A stretch of 31,691 bases of DNA from Cyanophora paradoxa CCMP329 (GCA_004431415.1 QPMI01000552.1:1-31691), one strand, 5' to 3'; positions 10,985-22,429 are shown, counted from the stretch's first letter. Numbers and translations are program-made. Notes: generated from the letters alone by a model not told the origin.

Positions 10985-11412
10985 TCTAAGTTGACTCACT
11001 TTTCATAAACATTTTGAACTCTTAGTCTCTTTGAATTTCTTAAGATGACTCAACTTAGTCAACTTAGTCAACTTTGTTACCATAATCAATCAGGGTGGAC
11101 TCACTTTTAGATCAACTTTGAAATTTCAAGCAAATCAACTTGGATTTCAAAAGTGGATCTTCTAAGTGGACTCAAAATGTTCACTTTGTGATACATGTTA
11201 GCTCAAATCCTTACTGTTTATGGTCAGGTTGACTAAGTGGGGGAGTTGACACATTTTTTGAAATCCTTTTTAGAAAACTTTAGGTCCCAAATATTTCCTG
11301 TGAAATTTGAGTCAACTCAACCCACTTAGTCAACCCTTGCATTGAATTCGTAACAAAATCCATATACTATTACTACTTTTACGATTAATATGAGTCAACC
11401 TTGAGTCCACTT
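10985..11412. repeat. Non-coding array of GTCAAC/GTTGAC/GTGGAC(TCA) motifs including a ~24-bp inverted pair; candidate origin or protein-binding array
   Basis: GGTTGACTAAGTGGGGGAGTTGAC (11227-11250) is inverted to GTCAACTCAACCCACTTAGTCAACC (11311-11335). Tandem (TCAACTTAG)n at ~11050-11073 and further copies to 11412. Confidence 0.7.
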
Positions 11413-11647
11413 AAATATAAATATAATATAATAGGGGGAATGAAGGGGAATGTTGAGTTTTACTGTAATGAAATCGAATAGTATTCGAAATACTTGACAT
11501 TGCTTAATGTAGGGTGCATTCATATTTCGGCTACATCATACAGTAGAATTTCTATCGTAAAGAATGACCGGAATCCGGAAAATAATCATTGTAGAAAGCT
11601 ATTGTAATAAAAAGGTAAATCACCCTGATCATCATTATAGAAACTCA

Positions 11648-12044
11648 TCAAAACGGGAATCTATCATGTTTATGTCTCTCAGTCTTCTCAAATGTGAGGA
11701 AATTCATTGTTTTATCGATCTCATCTGCTACTGCTTGTGTTTTATGCTGAGCTTCTTTACCACAACTGAATATATCAATTGCTAACATGCCTTCATTGGA
11801 ATAACAATGAGCTGTACAATGGCTTTCATCTAATAGCAGAACCAATGCAAACCAGGAGGTGATAGTTTCCATCAAATATCTCACAGTGTTTATGAACAAT
11901 CCTAATACCTTGTCTCAATATTGCTTGTTCAAGGGTTCTCATAATCCAATTACCAAGAAAGCTAACATGCTCATAGCCTGTTGCTATAGCTGTTTTAGCC
12001 TTGTAATCAAGCATTACATGAAAGCCTCTGTATTTAGTCTCCAT
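11648..12044 (-). CDS. speD: Pyruvoyl-dependent S-adenosylmethionine decarboxylase-like proenzyme (prokaryotic SpeD/SpeH type), one frameshift
   Basis: N-terminal GFHVMLDY (ORF 11826-12044) joined to LLLDESHCTAHCY..EG.LAIDIFSCG (ORF 11648-11899): the ESH self-cleavage site and D.F.CG motif. Confidence 0.85.
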
Positions 12045-12073
12045 TAAGAATACCTTAGAAAAATTAATTAATC

Positions 12074-12343
12074 CTAATCGAACCTAATGCAAATATCCCT
12101 GTACTCTACTTTGATTGATGAAGTAGCCCTTTTCTGTAAGCCTGAGAATGCTTTTGTTGCATTCCTACAACCTGATCCCTTCACATGATTAAAGGGATAT
12201 GTAAGGATCACCTTGTTACACTGCAAACATCTAACAGATACTTTCTCTTGAGCTTTGATGTAATGTGTCTCACTGTAATCGAATTTATCTTTACCATGAA
12301 CTGTCATAGCAGCATCAATAAACTTTTTTGTTTTACTATCCAT
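12074..12343 (-). CDS. Small Zn-binding protein resembling the DUF723-like repeat of viral/phage endonucleases
   Basis: FI..A..VHG..FDYS...Y......V...CxxC......P.NH..G.GC pattern; no nuclease domain seen. Confidence 0.55.
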   Translation of the reverse strand: MDSKTKKFIDAAMTVHGKDKFDYSETHYIKAQEKVSVRCLQCNKVILTYPFNHVKGSGCRNATKAFSGLQKRATSSIKVEYRDICIRFD

Positions 12344-12346
12344 ACT

Positions 12347-13191
12347 CTATATATAACCAATATTCTTATGGAGCAGTATCCTGCCCAAAATGGGGAAATA
12401 TCGATTTGTCCCATAGTATTCAGCATAGGTATTCTGCTTTGCAATAAAATCGGTTCTCTCAGCATATAATACACACTTGTAGATACCAAACTTGGTGGCT
12501 CTAACCAGAAACTGATAATCTTCCAAACCAAAATTGACTCCATGATAAGCAATTCCGAAATTATCATATGGGGTGATCACAACAGCAAAATTAGGAGTTC
12601 CACCCTCTACTTGACAAAGAGCATAAACATCTGGTGGATATCCACAACTACCTTGTAGTGGTCACCAATTTCAACAAGAGAGTCTACTACTGCTGTTTGT
12701 TCATTTACAACAATGGGAATATTTTATTATATAGGGGGCATTCATGCTGGGGACATAGGTTCGAATTCTTGTGTTGGGATCAATGGATTGGGTTGATCAT
12801 TCACAAATAAAGGCGCTCCAACAGCCCCACCAACCCTAAGACCATCCCAATATATGCTCCCCCGATTTGCAGTTAATAGCTCCCGACCTAGATTCAAAGA
12901 ATAAGTAGACAGAGGATCTCCATAGCTATCTGGGTCTCCATAATGAGCAGAAAAGTTTGCATTTGTGACAAGTAGCTTAGTTGTCTTAACTATTCCATTA
13001 TTTTTATCACATCTGAGTTCCTGTAATCTCAGTTTGTGGGTGGAACCAAAGGTGTTCATTGTAGGTTGGACCTCTGTGGATTGGAGACCCTCTACATCAT
13101 CAAAGGTAGCATGCTGTAAAACATGGTTTGCTGGGGCAGCTAATGATAGTTGAGGTGTAATAATTCGTTCAAGTGGGGGTTGCTCAGCCAT
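12347..13191 (-). CDS. Short fibre/spike-like protein 1 (shared N-terminal module plus unknown C-terminal domain), frameshifted
   Basis: Contains ELRCDKNNGIVKTTKLLVTNANFS. The C-terminal piece (YDNFGIAY...GIYKCVLYAERTD, ORF 12347-12580) resembles the C-terminus of fibre 2. Confidence 0.55.
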
Positions 13192-13214
13192 TTTACATTA
13201 AAGGGATATATCTT

Positions 13215-14055
13215 TTATGGGGTTGGGTCATCAATTACATCTGGCTCCATGTAAAACCCTGTAACTGAAAGAGTATCAGGAGTTACACCTCTAAGAGCTG
13301 ATACAGCGGCTATATCTGTTCTCAAACCGATAAGAGTTATAGTATATAACCCAATATCAGTAACAAACAAGTCAAAGGTGAAATTATTATTATAACACAG
13401 TAGCCATAACCGAAATGATTATATCCCTGAACATTGAAATAGTATCTATGACCTACTTGATTGTTGTTGGCTCTACAAAGGGAAAGCATTGCAGATGGAA
13501 TCGCAAGACCTCTCAGTACTCTTTTGGTTCCTTCAATTAATTCCGAGTTTTCAAGAGTAACAGTATATCCAATGTAAAATTGAATTAATGGCTGCTGTGC
13601 AACAGGAGTATATAATCGAATTCGTTGGGGTCTTCTACATTTTGCTCTAGAGTATCTGGGACATCATTATACGAAATTGAGGATGAAAGCTGACCTGAAA
13701 TTCGACAGCCACCCCAATAAATGCTCCTCCTGATCTCACAGTAACAGCAGCAGAATTCTTATCGAAATCAAGGGCTTTCAGATCAACACTGTAAGCATCA
13801 GGACCTCCATTGGTAGGCTGGAAAAGTTAGCATTTGTGACAAGAAGTCGAGTTGTTTTAACCACACCAGAATTCTTATCAGCTCTCAGCTCTTTAACTCG
13901 AATAATCGAATTTTTATCAAAGGAGTTGCCATTGAATTGGGTCTCTCTGTGGATTCTAAACCACGAACCTCATCATTTACTTCATGCTGGCGAAAATGCA
14001 TTGCAGGGGATCCAAGGGAATATATAGGCAGTTGAACTCGATTATATTCACCCAT
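13215..14055 (-). CDS. Short fibre/spike-like protein 2, frameshifted
   Basis: MGEYNRVQLP...ELRADKNSGVVKTTRLLVTNANFS...NSAAVTVRSGGAFIGGG...YNHFGYGY...GLYTITLIGLRTD; stop at 13215. Confidence 0.6.
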
Positions 14056-14090
14056 TGCTTCTTTTACTAAGAAGGAAAGAAAAATAATGT

Positions 14091-14357
14091 TCATTGTTCT
14101 TCTGTGACATAATTATATTCGATACCTTTCTTTACAGTTCCCCTTTGGAATGCATGTAAAACGATGGCTTCCTTTGAGGTTGGTATTTGAATTCCTGATG
14201 CAATGCAAGACTGGATCTCTTTCTGAACAATATCATCAATTGCAATTCTTGCCCTGTTATGAACCACATTATCAATCCAATCCTGAACAGAAGCTGCACA
14301 GAATTCCATTCCCAGCTTCTCAGTATCTGAGAGAACTACTTGGTAGATATTCGACAT
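14091..14357 (-). CDS. Small intact helical protein, probable fibre-associated partner or chaperone
   Basis: MSNIYQVVLSDTEKLGMEFCAASVQDWIDNVVHNRARIAIDDIV...; from memory it resembles small proteins encoded next to C1q tail-fibre genes in aquatic phages. Confidence 0.55.
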   Translation of the reverse strand: MSNIYQVVLSDTEKLGMEFCAASVQDWIDNVVHNRARIAIDDIVQKEIQSCIASGIQIPTSKEAIVLHAFQRGTVKKGIEYNYVTEEQ

Positions 14358-14379
14358 TCCTACTTTATAAAGAGAAAAT

Positions 14380-15392
14380 TTATGTGACACTCAAAAGTTC
14401 ACCTGTGAATGTTGTTCGATTTGTGTAGCTACCCCCATTATTTGTTACAAGTGTTATATACTCACCATAGCAATGTTAAGAATTACACTAATGTAAAGCG
14501 GTTTATTCGTAAGAGTTGAGTCATTTTGTGTTATGATACTTTGACCCCTGGTCTTGGTCATTTACTTTTAAAGAGAGACTTATTGGACTACTTGAAGTTG
14601 AATGGGTATATGCTGTAAATCTGTAATGACCTGCAACAGGAGCAGTGAACCTTCCATTACTGACATTGAATGCCCCCTATTATTCACAAACACTACTCCC
14701 AATTGATAAGAGCAGTTTCACTGGTAGCAACATGAGGATAATTAAGTTGAACAGAAAATCGAGGCTGATAGTCATATTTTAAATAACAATTTGTGTTGAT
14801 TGTCAAGCGATTGGCTTCAGAGTAGCCATAATATCACTGTTGCGTTTCAAAACAAGATTCACATTTGCTCCTGTATCGATTTCAGGTGTGACCACCTTGG
14901 AAGTTGCTGTTATTATCGATTGTGTTGTTTCTGGAATACTTATGCTCCATTGGCTGTTACTGAACCTGTAAATGTGCTTGTTCCTGTAATGTTTACTTGA
15001 TTGGCTGTTAGAGTTCCATCAATCCTTGCCCCATCTCCAATATATGCCCTCCACTTCTAACTGAAAGAGCAGCATTATTAATTGTATTATCAAAAGTAAC
15101 TATTTTGGGTGTGGTGAACCCTCCCACATTGTCATAAATTGCTGTATCTGAAACAATTTGACCTGATTGGACTTGGTTCTTGTTAGATACAATGAGTCCT
15201 GTGGTTCTTATTTTTCCCCATTGCGATCACATCGAATTTCTTTGCATCTAATCACAGAATTTTGTGAAAACGAATCAGCCCTGTTGTTTCTGTGCAAATA
15301 AACCCAGGTGTTGCATCTGTTACTGTATGGTTCAGTTGATGTATTTTTGGGGCGGCATAACAGAAAACAGGAACTGCTATTTGTGTGGACAT
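14380..15392 (-). CDS. Short fibre protein 3 with C-terminal C1q-like head, frameshifted
   Basis: EIRCDRNG..IRTTGLIVSNKNQVQ...YDNVGGFTT..IVTFDNTINN at the N-terminus; C-terminal FNVSNGRFTAPVAGHYRF...TTFTGELL is the C1q signature. Confidence 0.7.
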
Positions 15393-15414
15393 TCTTTATA
15401 TTATACAGATAATA

Positions 15415-16479
15415 TTATGTAGCAGTAACAAGATAACAAGAAAAATAGTATCTGATATCAAATTGAAGACTGGCTCCAGAAGAATTGCGTATATCAAAGG
15501 AGTCACCTTCAATAACAGAAAGTAAAATTTCATATGAAATTGGAGTTACAAATGTATTAGAAATCCCTGCGGACGGCATTGAAACCTTGTTTGGATGGTT
15601 GTAGGATTTCCATTTAAATAAATGCTGGTAGCAATATGAGTATAAGAGGTTGTGCCAGCTCTCATACATGCAAAGAACACCCTATATACTCCGGAAACAG
15701 GAGCTGTAAATTTTGTGGATGAAAAGTTTCCTTCATTGTTTACAAGATAAGCTCCATTTATAAAGTTAAAGGGTGTTCCAGCTGTAAGTATTATGGACCC
15801 TGTCAAACCAGGAGCTTGTCTTGATATATTCATTCTTGGACAATAGGATCGTTTCAGACCACTATTTTCCGGATTGTGATTGCTTTCAGATCTGTTATTG
15901 TCTTTTCGAGAGTGAAAATGGTATTTCCGTTTCGTTTATAATTCACATTTGCATCTGTCCCATTATCCATCTCAGGTGCATTAACTCTTGTTGTAGCTTT
16001 TCGAGTTTCAACGCTAACATTTCCCAAGAGTCCACCATTGAAGGTCATCAATCCTGTAAATGAACTTGTCCCATTCACATTTAATTGATTCGCTGTTACA
16101 GTCCTGCAACATTTGCCCATCTCCAATGTATGCTCCTCCACTCTTGACAACAAGAGCCGAATTATTTATTGTGTTATCGAAAGTTACTATCTTTGCTGTG
16201 GTGAATCCACCCACATTATCATACACTGCTGAATCTGGACTACTTGACCTGCTTGAACTTGATTTTTATTCGAGATAATAATTCCTGTGGTTCTTATCTT
16301 GCCTCCATTTCGATCACATCGAATTTCTTTGACTCTGAGTATATTATTCTCTGTGAAAGAGGTATTACTTGAAGTTTCAGTGCAAATATACCCAGGTGTT
16401 GAATCAACTACTCATGAGAGGTGCTATGAAGTGATTTGGCTGCAAGTTCATAGTTTGGGATTTCTAATAGAGAGGTCAT
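15415..16479 (-). CDS. Short fibre protein 4 with C-terminal C1q-like head, frameshifted
   Basis: N-terminal module paralogous to fibre 3 (EIRCDRNGGKIRTTGIIISNKNQVQ); C-terminal GNFSSTKFTAPVSGVYRVFF...YFSCYLV. Confidence 0.7.
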
Positions 16480-16498
16480 CTTTATAATTACGAAATAG

Positions 16499-19400
16499 TT
16501 AAATTGCGACAGCAATGTAATGGATCGTTACAGTTTTGGATGAATTATTCATTGCATATGGATCAGTGAAAAGTTCACAAGTGAAATAATCACTGTAAAC
16601 ATTCAACAAATTCACAGTAAAAACGACGGGAGTTACTTGATAATTTGGTTCTTGTCCTTCATGCCTGACTGTTGCTGTCACAACAGGAGGAGAAGCAAAG
16701 GCATTGGTAAAATAGATAGTTAGATTGAACACATATAAATTATTGTAATTCAAAACAGGAGTAGTGTAAACATACTTTCCTGCTTGAATTTTCCCATTGA
16801 AATATGCATTGAGTTGACTGGAAAGATCTGCTTCTGTGATACATCTACTAATAGTCTGATTATTGGAAGGGTTCATAGCATAGAAATTTCTTGCATAAGC
16901 ATTTCCACGAACAAGTAAGGTTTTATCAAAGTAATTTTGCGAATTGTGGAAGAACCATGTTTCTTCAAACATAGGTCCTGCTGGTTCTACAATCTGACCT
17001 GATCCTACATACATTGTGTTGTTGGCTCTAATTGTGGTTGCTGTGAAGGGATCAAGAGTTGGTCTATTGGTAAGATCATTGTAGTTGCCTGAGAAAATTG
17101 CAGGTTTGTTATAGATATCTGTATTCCAATCATGAGTGTGTGCAAAATCTGTAATCTCTGCCTTTGTGTGATTGTGAGCAAAATCTGTAATCTCTGCCTT
17201 TGTATGGGTGTGACCAACATATGCAACATTTCCGAGATCTAATATCTCTGATTTAACATGAGTGTGAGCGAAATTCGTAATATCTGCTCGGGTGTGATAG
17301 TGTGCAAAATCTGTAATTTGGGACTTGGTGTGGGTGTGTGCGAAATCTGTGATTTCTGCCTTTGTGTGGGTGTGTGATCTATTATTAAGATCAAGGAAGC
17401 TTCCCGAAAATGCAACAGGATGCAGATTTGCAGCAGTAGGTTTATTAATGAGATCATTATAATCTCCTGTAAATGAAATGGTTTTCAGTTCACCCTTCCT
17501 ACATAATCAGAAGGTAGATCAATCTTGATGGGCATGATAGCTGGATCATCTGGAATCTCATACTCACCTCCTGGGTGAACCACAGGGAAGGTTTGATTGC
17601 TTTCAGTGTGGACAAAGAAATTGCATGCTGTTACTGTTCCATCAATAATCCCACTGTGAGAGGGAGGTAATTTCCTGTGACTCCTATACCTGCAATGATT
17701 GTATTAAGTTCTGTTTCATCTATGTAGTTTTGGGCTTGCAGGTAATCCTCTGTGACCACTCTTGATATGGTCTCATTGTGAATATTCTTTGCTGCTGCCC
17801 TTTGATTAATTTCTAAAACTCCCTCACCCACTCCACCATTATAATTCGTTTTTATCCATGCCATCTCACATCTCTTATAGTCATCTCGATTTCCTATGAG
17901 AGCATCAGGTAACAGTCTCTCCCTGCTGAATATTAATTTTGGTCTTGAACCATCCAAATCACTCACATCAGTAACATTAATTTGGATTGCTGCATCTTTG
18001 TCATCATAGTTGACTGGATCAGATGGGAGTGGTGGTAATCCTGATGTCATTGGGATGTCATCAGCATAGTAACTTGTCAAATAAATACCTGGTTTGGTGT
18101 CCAATGCTCCAAAGTTTCCACCTGCTGCAATCATCTGCATTCTTGTAGGGGGTCTGATGTATAATTCACCTCCATAGTAGTCCCTGCATCAATGCCTTTT
18201 CGATTTACATAATAGTCATTGAGTTGCAGCCTTTCAGGTATGGCATTGCTCTGGTAAAGACTCACACCATGTGAGAAATCTGTTAACAGATTGCCTGCAG
18301 ATGCAAATTTGGGTTGCTGGTCAATTTCACCCCAAGGGTGTCTGTGATTACAGTTGGTGATCTGGGTATAATCATGAGTGTGAGTATCAGGAGGGAAGGT
18401 GATAGGTTTGTCCACAATATTTGACCAGGCATGTGTGTGATCATCTGGGGGAAAAGTCAATGGTTTGTCCACAATATTTGACCAGGCATGTGTGTGATCA
18501 AAGTCTATAATTTGGTCTTTGGTGTGAGTATGGCTTCTGATCCACCCATCCACAACATTTGAAGTTGGATGATGTGGAAGGTTTGCATTAGATGTAACTG
18601 TAAGATAATCGACAGTGATATTGCTTGCATAAAGGTTACTTGTGTAAAGGTTACTGGTAACAGTTAGGTCCCCTGTGATTGTTCCACCAGTTTTGAGAAG
18701 ATACTTTGATAATTCAAGAGCAAGTTCATTTTTCGTTACATAATTTGCAAGCATAGCAAGGGTAACTATATTCACAAGGATCACAGCAGTAAGGTAATCC
18801 TCTGTGACCACTCTCGAAATATTTTCATTGTGTATGTTTTTGCAGCCATCCTCTGATTGGCTTCCAGAACCCCACCATAATCGGTTTTAATCCATGCAAG
18901 CTCTGCCCTCCCATAATTATCATTTGCAGTTCCCACTATGGGAATATACGAATATTTATCTCTGCTGAATACTATCATTGGTCTTGAGCCATCTAAACTG
19001 CTTACATCTGCTACATGAACCTGTATAGCAGAGTTGAAATTTTGGTAGGTTGCTGGGTCTGTTGGGACTCTGAATGTATCTGTGGGAATGTCAGCCTCCA
19101 TGTAGCTTGACACAAAGATATTTGGTATGGTTGCTCCTGGTTCAGGTGGTGGATTATAAGAGCCTGGTAGTGTCCTAATATGAAGTGGTCCTCTCATAGC
19201 TGAATTCGCAAGTGTCCCATTCACATGAACATAGTGTTCATTCAAAAAGATTCTTTCAGGGACATTACAAGTCTGATAAAGAGAAACCCCCAAGTTATCA
19301 AGAGGCTCTACCTTTGCGAATTCTGGTTGGTCATTGATCTCATCCCAAGTGTGTTCATGTTTGCTTGGTGGGAACTCAGTAGGTATCCCATCAATATCAC

Positions 19401-20792
19401 CCCAATCATGCCTGTGATCTTCTGGTGGATACTTTTGAGGTTTGCCTAAGATCTCATCCCAATCATGATTGTGATCCTCTGGGGATACTTTGCAGGTTTA
19501 TTATTTATTTGTTCATAATCAGGAAAGAACTCCCAGATCTCAGGTCGAAATCCATCTGGTAACAATTCCTCATGGGGTTCATAAGGTTGCTCATAATCAA
19601 CAGCTGGTGGATCATGCCCATCTGGCAAATACTCCTCATCAGGTTCATAGTTCTGCTCATACTCAAACTCTTGGGGATCTAAGCCATCTGGTAGTATCTC
19701 CTCCTCATTGGGGTCAAACTGATCATATTCATATTCTTGTGGGTCAAAACCATCTGGTAAATATTCTTCCTCATCTGGAACGAATTGATATTCATCAAGC
19801 TCTAATATATCGACTTCAGGAGGTAAATACTGCTCATCTATTTGCTTCTGGGTTCAATTATAGGTTTATTGCGAACTTGCTCCCAACTAACAATATGCTG
19901 CCCAAAGGCTACATCTTCAGTTGCTGTGTATTCTCTTCCAGGCTGTTTCTTTGGTGTTAAATCGGGAGGTCCATTTGGAAATGGAATAGGGAATGGACTG
20001 TTGGTCCATTGGGACCATAATGCTCAATTATTTCCCTTAGAGTTTTCTCACTCACAAGTTTCTCCCCATTTGCATACACATTGCTGCCATGGATATTTCG
20101 CCATTGCCTGGTTCTAATTCCAAGGTCTTTCACATTGCTATACAAAGGCAAAAGGTGCCTATCCATTTCGACTAAATCAGGATGTAAATGGATTGCTACT
20201 GGTTGACTGGGGCTACTGTTGATTGTAATTGATGGCTTTTTTTGATGGACATCTTTTGGAGTAAAGAAACCAAAAGGCTCATTCTTGCAAAGTCATAAGT
20301 AATATCCTTGGGGTAGACATCATTTGTGTAGGAGACCTGATTTGTATTGGCAATGGGACCCACTTGCAATACTTGGGGGACCTCAGCTTTTGCAGTGCTG
20401 CCCTCATTGTAAATTCGCAAAGCTGTGTTCTGTTTGCCCTGCTCATCTTGAACATTGAAAATCAATCGACCACTATCGAACCTGGAAGGTATATCTGGGT
20501 GAGTGCCACTGGTTTTTAGTTTCCTAGGTCTCCTTCTTGTTGCTTTGATCTCTGCCACTTGGTTTGCTTTCACATTACCCAAACTAAAGGCTACACTGAC
20601 ATCCTCTTTATCTGGATCGGTTTGATTCACAGATAAAGCATGCTCCCTTGATTGAGTCTTTGATGAATTATCAGAGCTGTGGTCAATTGAAACTGAACCC
20701 TTTACTTTAATATTATCAAAGTTCACATGCTTGGTGCTGCTTGCATTATCATCTTGAATGGTTTCTAGATTTGGTGGGTAATTGAAGCTCAT
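16499..20792 (-). CDS. Long modular fibre protein (~1,400 aa if joined) with phage-tail His repeats, acidic repeats, an internal duplication and an H-type-lectin/gp53-like tip
   Basis: Contiguous minus-strand ORF pieces; HTHTKAEITDFA and HTHAWSNIVDKP repeats; a duplicated GVSLYQ...DGSRP...AWIKT...ISRVVTEDYL module; C-terminal IQAG...FTNAFASPPVVTAT...IHYIAV. May be more than one gene. Confidence 0.65.
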
Positions 20793-20835
20793 GGCTTTTA
20801 CTATATGGATTTATAAAATTCCTGATAAGTAAAAG

Positions 20836-22429
20836 ATGCCTCTCAAGGTCGTTTTAAGTCTTTCTGGCGGGGTGCAAGGGGCATTATCATAACCAGGCTG
20901 CTAAAAGAAATCGAAAATCGAACTGGCAGGAGAATAATCGATCTTGTGGATCTTGTGAGTGGAACTTCCACTGGTGGGATCATTGCAATAGGTTTGAATA
21001 TAAGGCATCCTGATAACCAGGTGAACCTAAACTGACAGCAAACGATTTACACAACATTTACCTAGCCAACTGCCTTGATTTTCGCAAATCCTCGAAATAT
21101 AATCGAAAATGCCCTATTTAATACAAAGTATGATGTGGGACCCTTGGAGACTGCAATCAATTCAGTTACTGGGGAATCACTCATACAGGATTCCCTAAAG
21201 ACATTGTGATCACATCCTTTGATACTCAGAATATGAAACCAATATTTATCACAAATGACAACAATTACAACTTTCTGCCTTGTAAGATTGCTGCCAGGGC
21301 TACTTCTGCTGCTCCTACATATTTCTCTCCTGTAAGCATTGTTGATTTCAATCGGGGAGTATATGTCTGTCTCATTGATGGTGCCATTTCGGGAAACAAT
21401 AATCCCAGTGTGTGTGGTTACAGCCATGCAAAGAAGATTTACAGTGATGATGATGATATTATAGTAATAAGCATCTCTTGTGGAGAGGTAGACCCACATT
21501 TAGAGTCTGATTATGTGGGTTATGCTTATGAGACTGTGAACAGCTGGGGCATTCTCTCATGGATTGCCTCAACAGATGGAAGCCCATTGATTAACATGCT
21601 CATGGCTGCAAGTGAGCTTTCTGCCCTTGATAAAATGGAGGAGTTGTTACCCTACAACTATGATCAGGATTATGGAGATATTACAGGCTATCAGTACCCT
21701 TCCAAATCATATAGTAAGCTCCCTTGATGACACTTCTAAAATCCCAGATATGCTTCTTTCACAGAAACATACATAGCAGCAAACAATGATATGATCAATA
21801 AGCTTTGCAGCCTTTTAGTAGCAAACTATGAACTAAGAACCCTACAAAGGCTTACATCTCATCCACTCTCACTACATCACCTCCTTTGGATGCTAATTGG
21901 TATCAGCTTGCAGATGATGCCTTTACTGCCTCATCCTCTGTGACAGGTAAAGAGCCTTTCATGGCTAGACCTTCAGCATTTGGCTGGAAGCTGGAGCCTA
22001 TGCTCCTGAACAGATATGGGAAACCCCCACTGAATACCTACAAGTTGCTTTTCCATATACTTTTGAACTCTCTTCTGTGATTGCTATGGATCAGGGGACA
22101 CCAATGCTTTTATTAAGACTTTCAATGTGGCAACATCCACTGATGGGATCAACTGGTCTTTTATTCGATAGATGGCAGAACAAATATATGTCTGTGAGAA
22201 CATTAACAATGCTCACAACTCGGTGATATGGCTCTGTTGAGTGGATTTCCTCTCAGCATCAAGATGCTTTTTACATAGGTTTTCTCTCAGAATCAAATAT
22301 ATTCGCATTTATCCCCTTGTGTATGTGAATGCTCCCACAATGAGAGTTGATTTACAGGTGCCTTTATTCGATAAACTCCAACTGAAAGAATTATCGATTC
22401 CATTCATATCAATCAGTTCACCAAAGTAA
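20836..22429 (+). CDS. Patatin-like phospholipase with C-terminal discoidin (F5/8 type C)-like domain, frameshifted
   Basis: LSLSGG(G)ARG oxyanion loop, GTSTG nucleophile, ARATSAAPTYF and DGA motifs; then FTASS...EYLQVAF...FNVATSTDGINW...KYIRIYP...TMRVDL. True stop may be near 22366. Confidence 0.85.

Noticed and set aside
10706-11412. Spaced repeats as a CRISPR-like array
   Set aside because: Units are degenerate, irregularly spaced and partly inverted, with no cas genes and a eukaryotic-virus context.
15020-16340. Duplicated ~230-bp segments (15,020-15,250 vs 16,110-16,340) as a DGR template/variable pair
   Set aside because: Differences are mostly synonymous and involve all bases, not adenine-specific. 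They lie in the N-terminal module, and no reverse transcriptase is in the window.
19490-19960. His/Gln-rich plus-strand ORF
   Set aside because: Antisense shadow of the acidic repeat of the long fibre.
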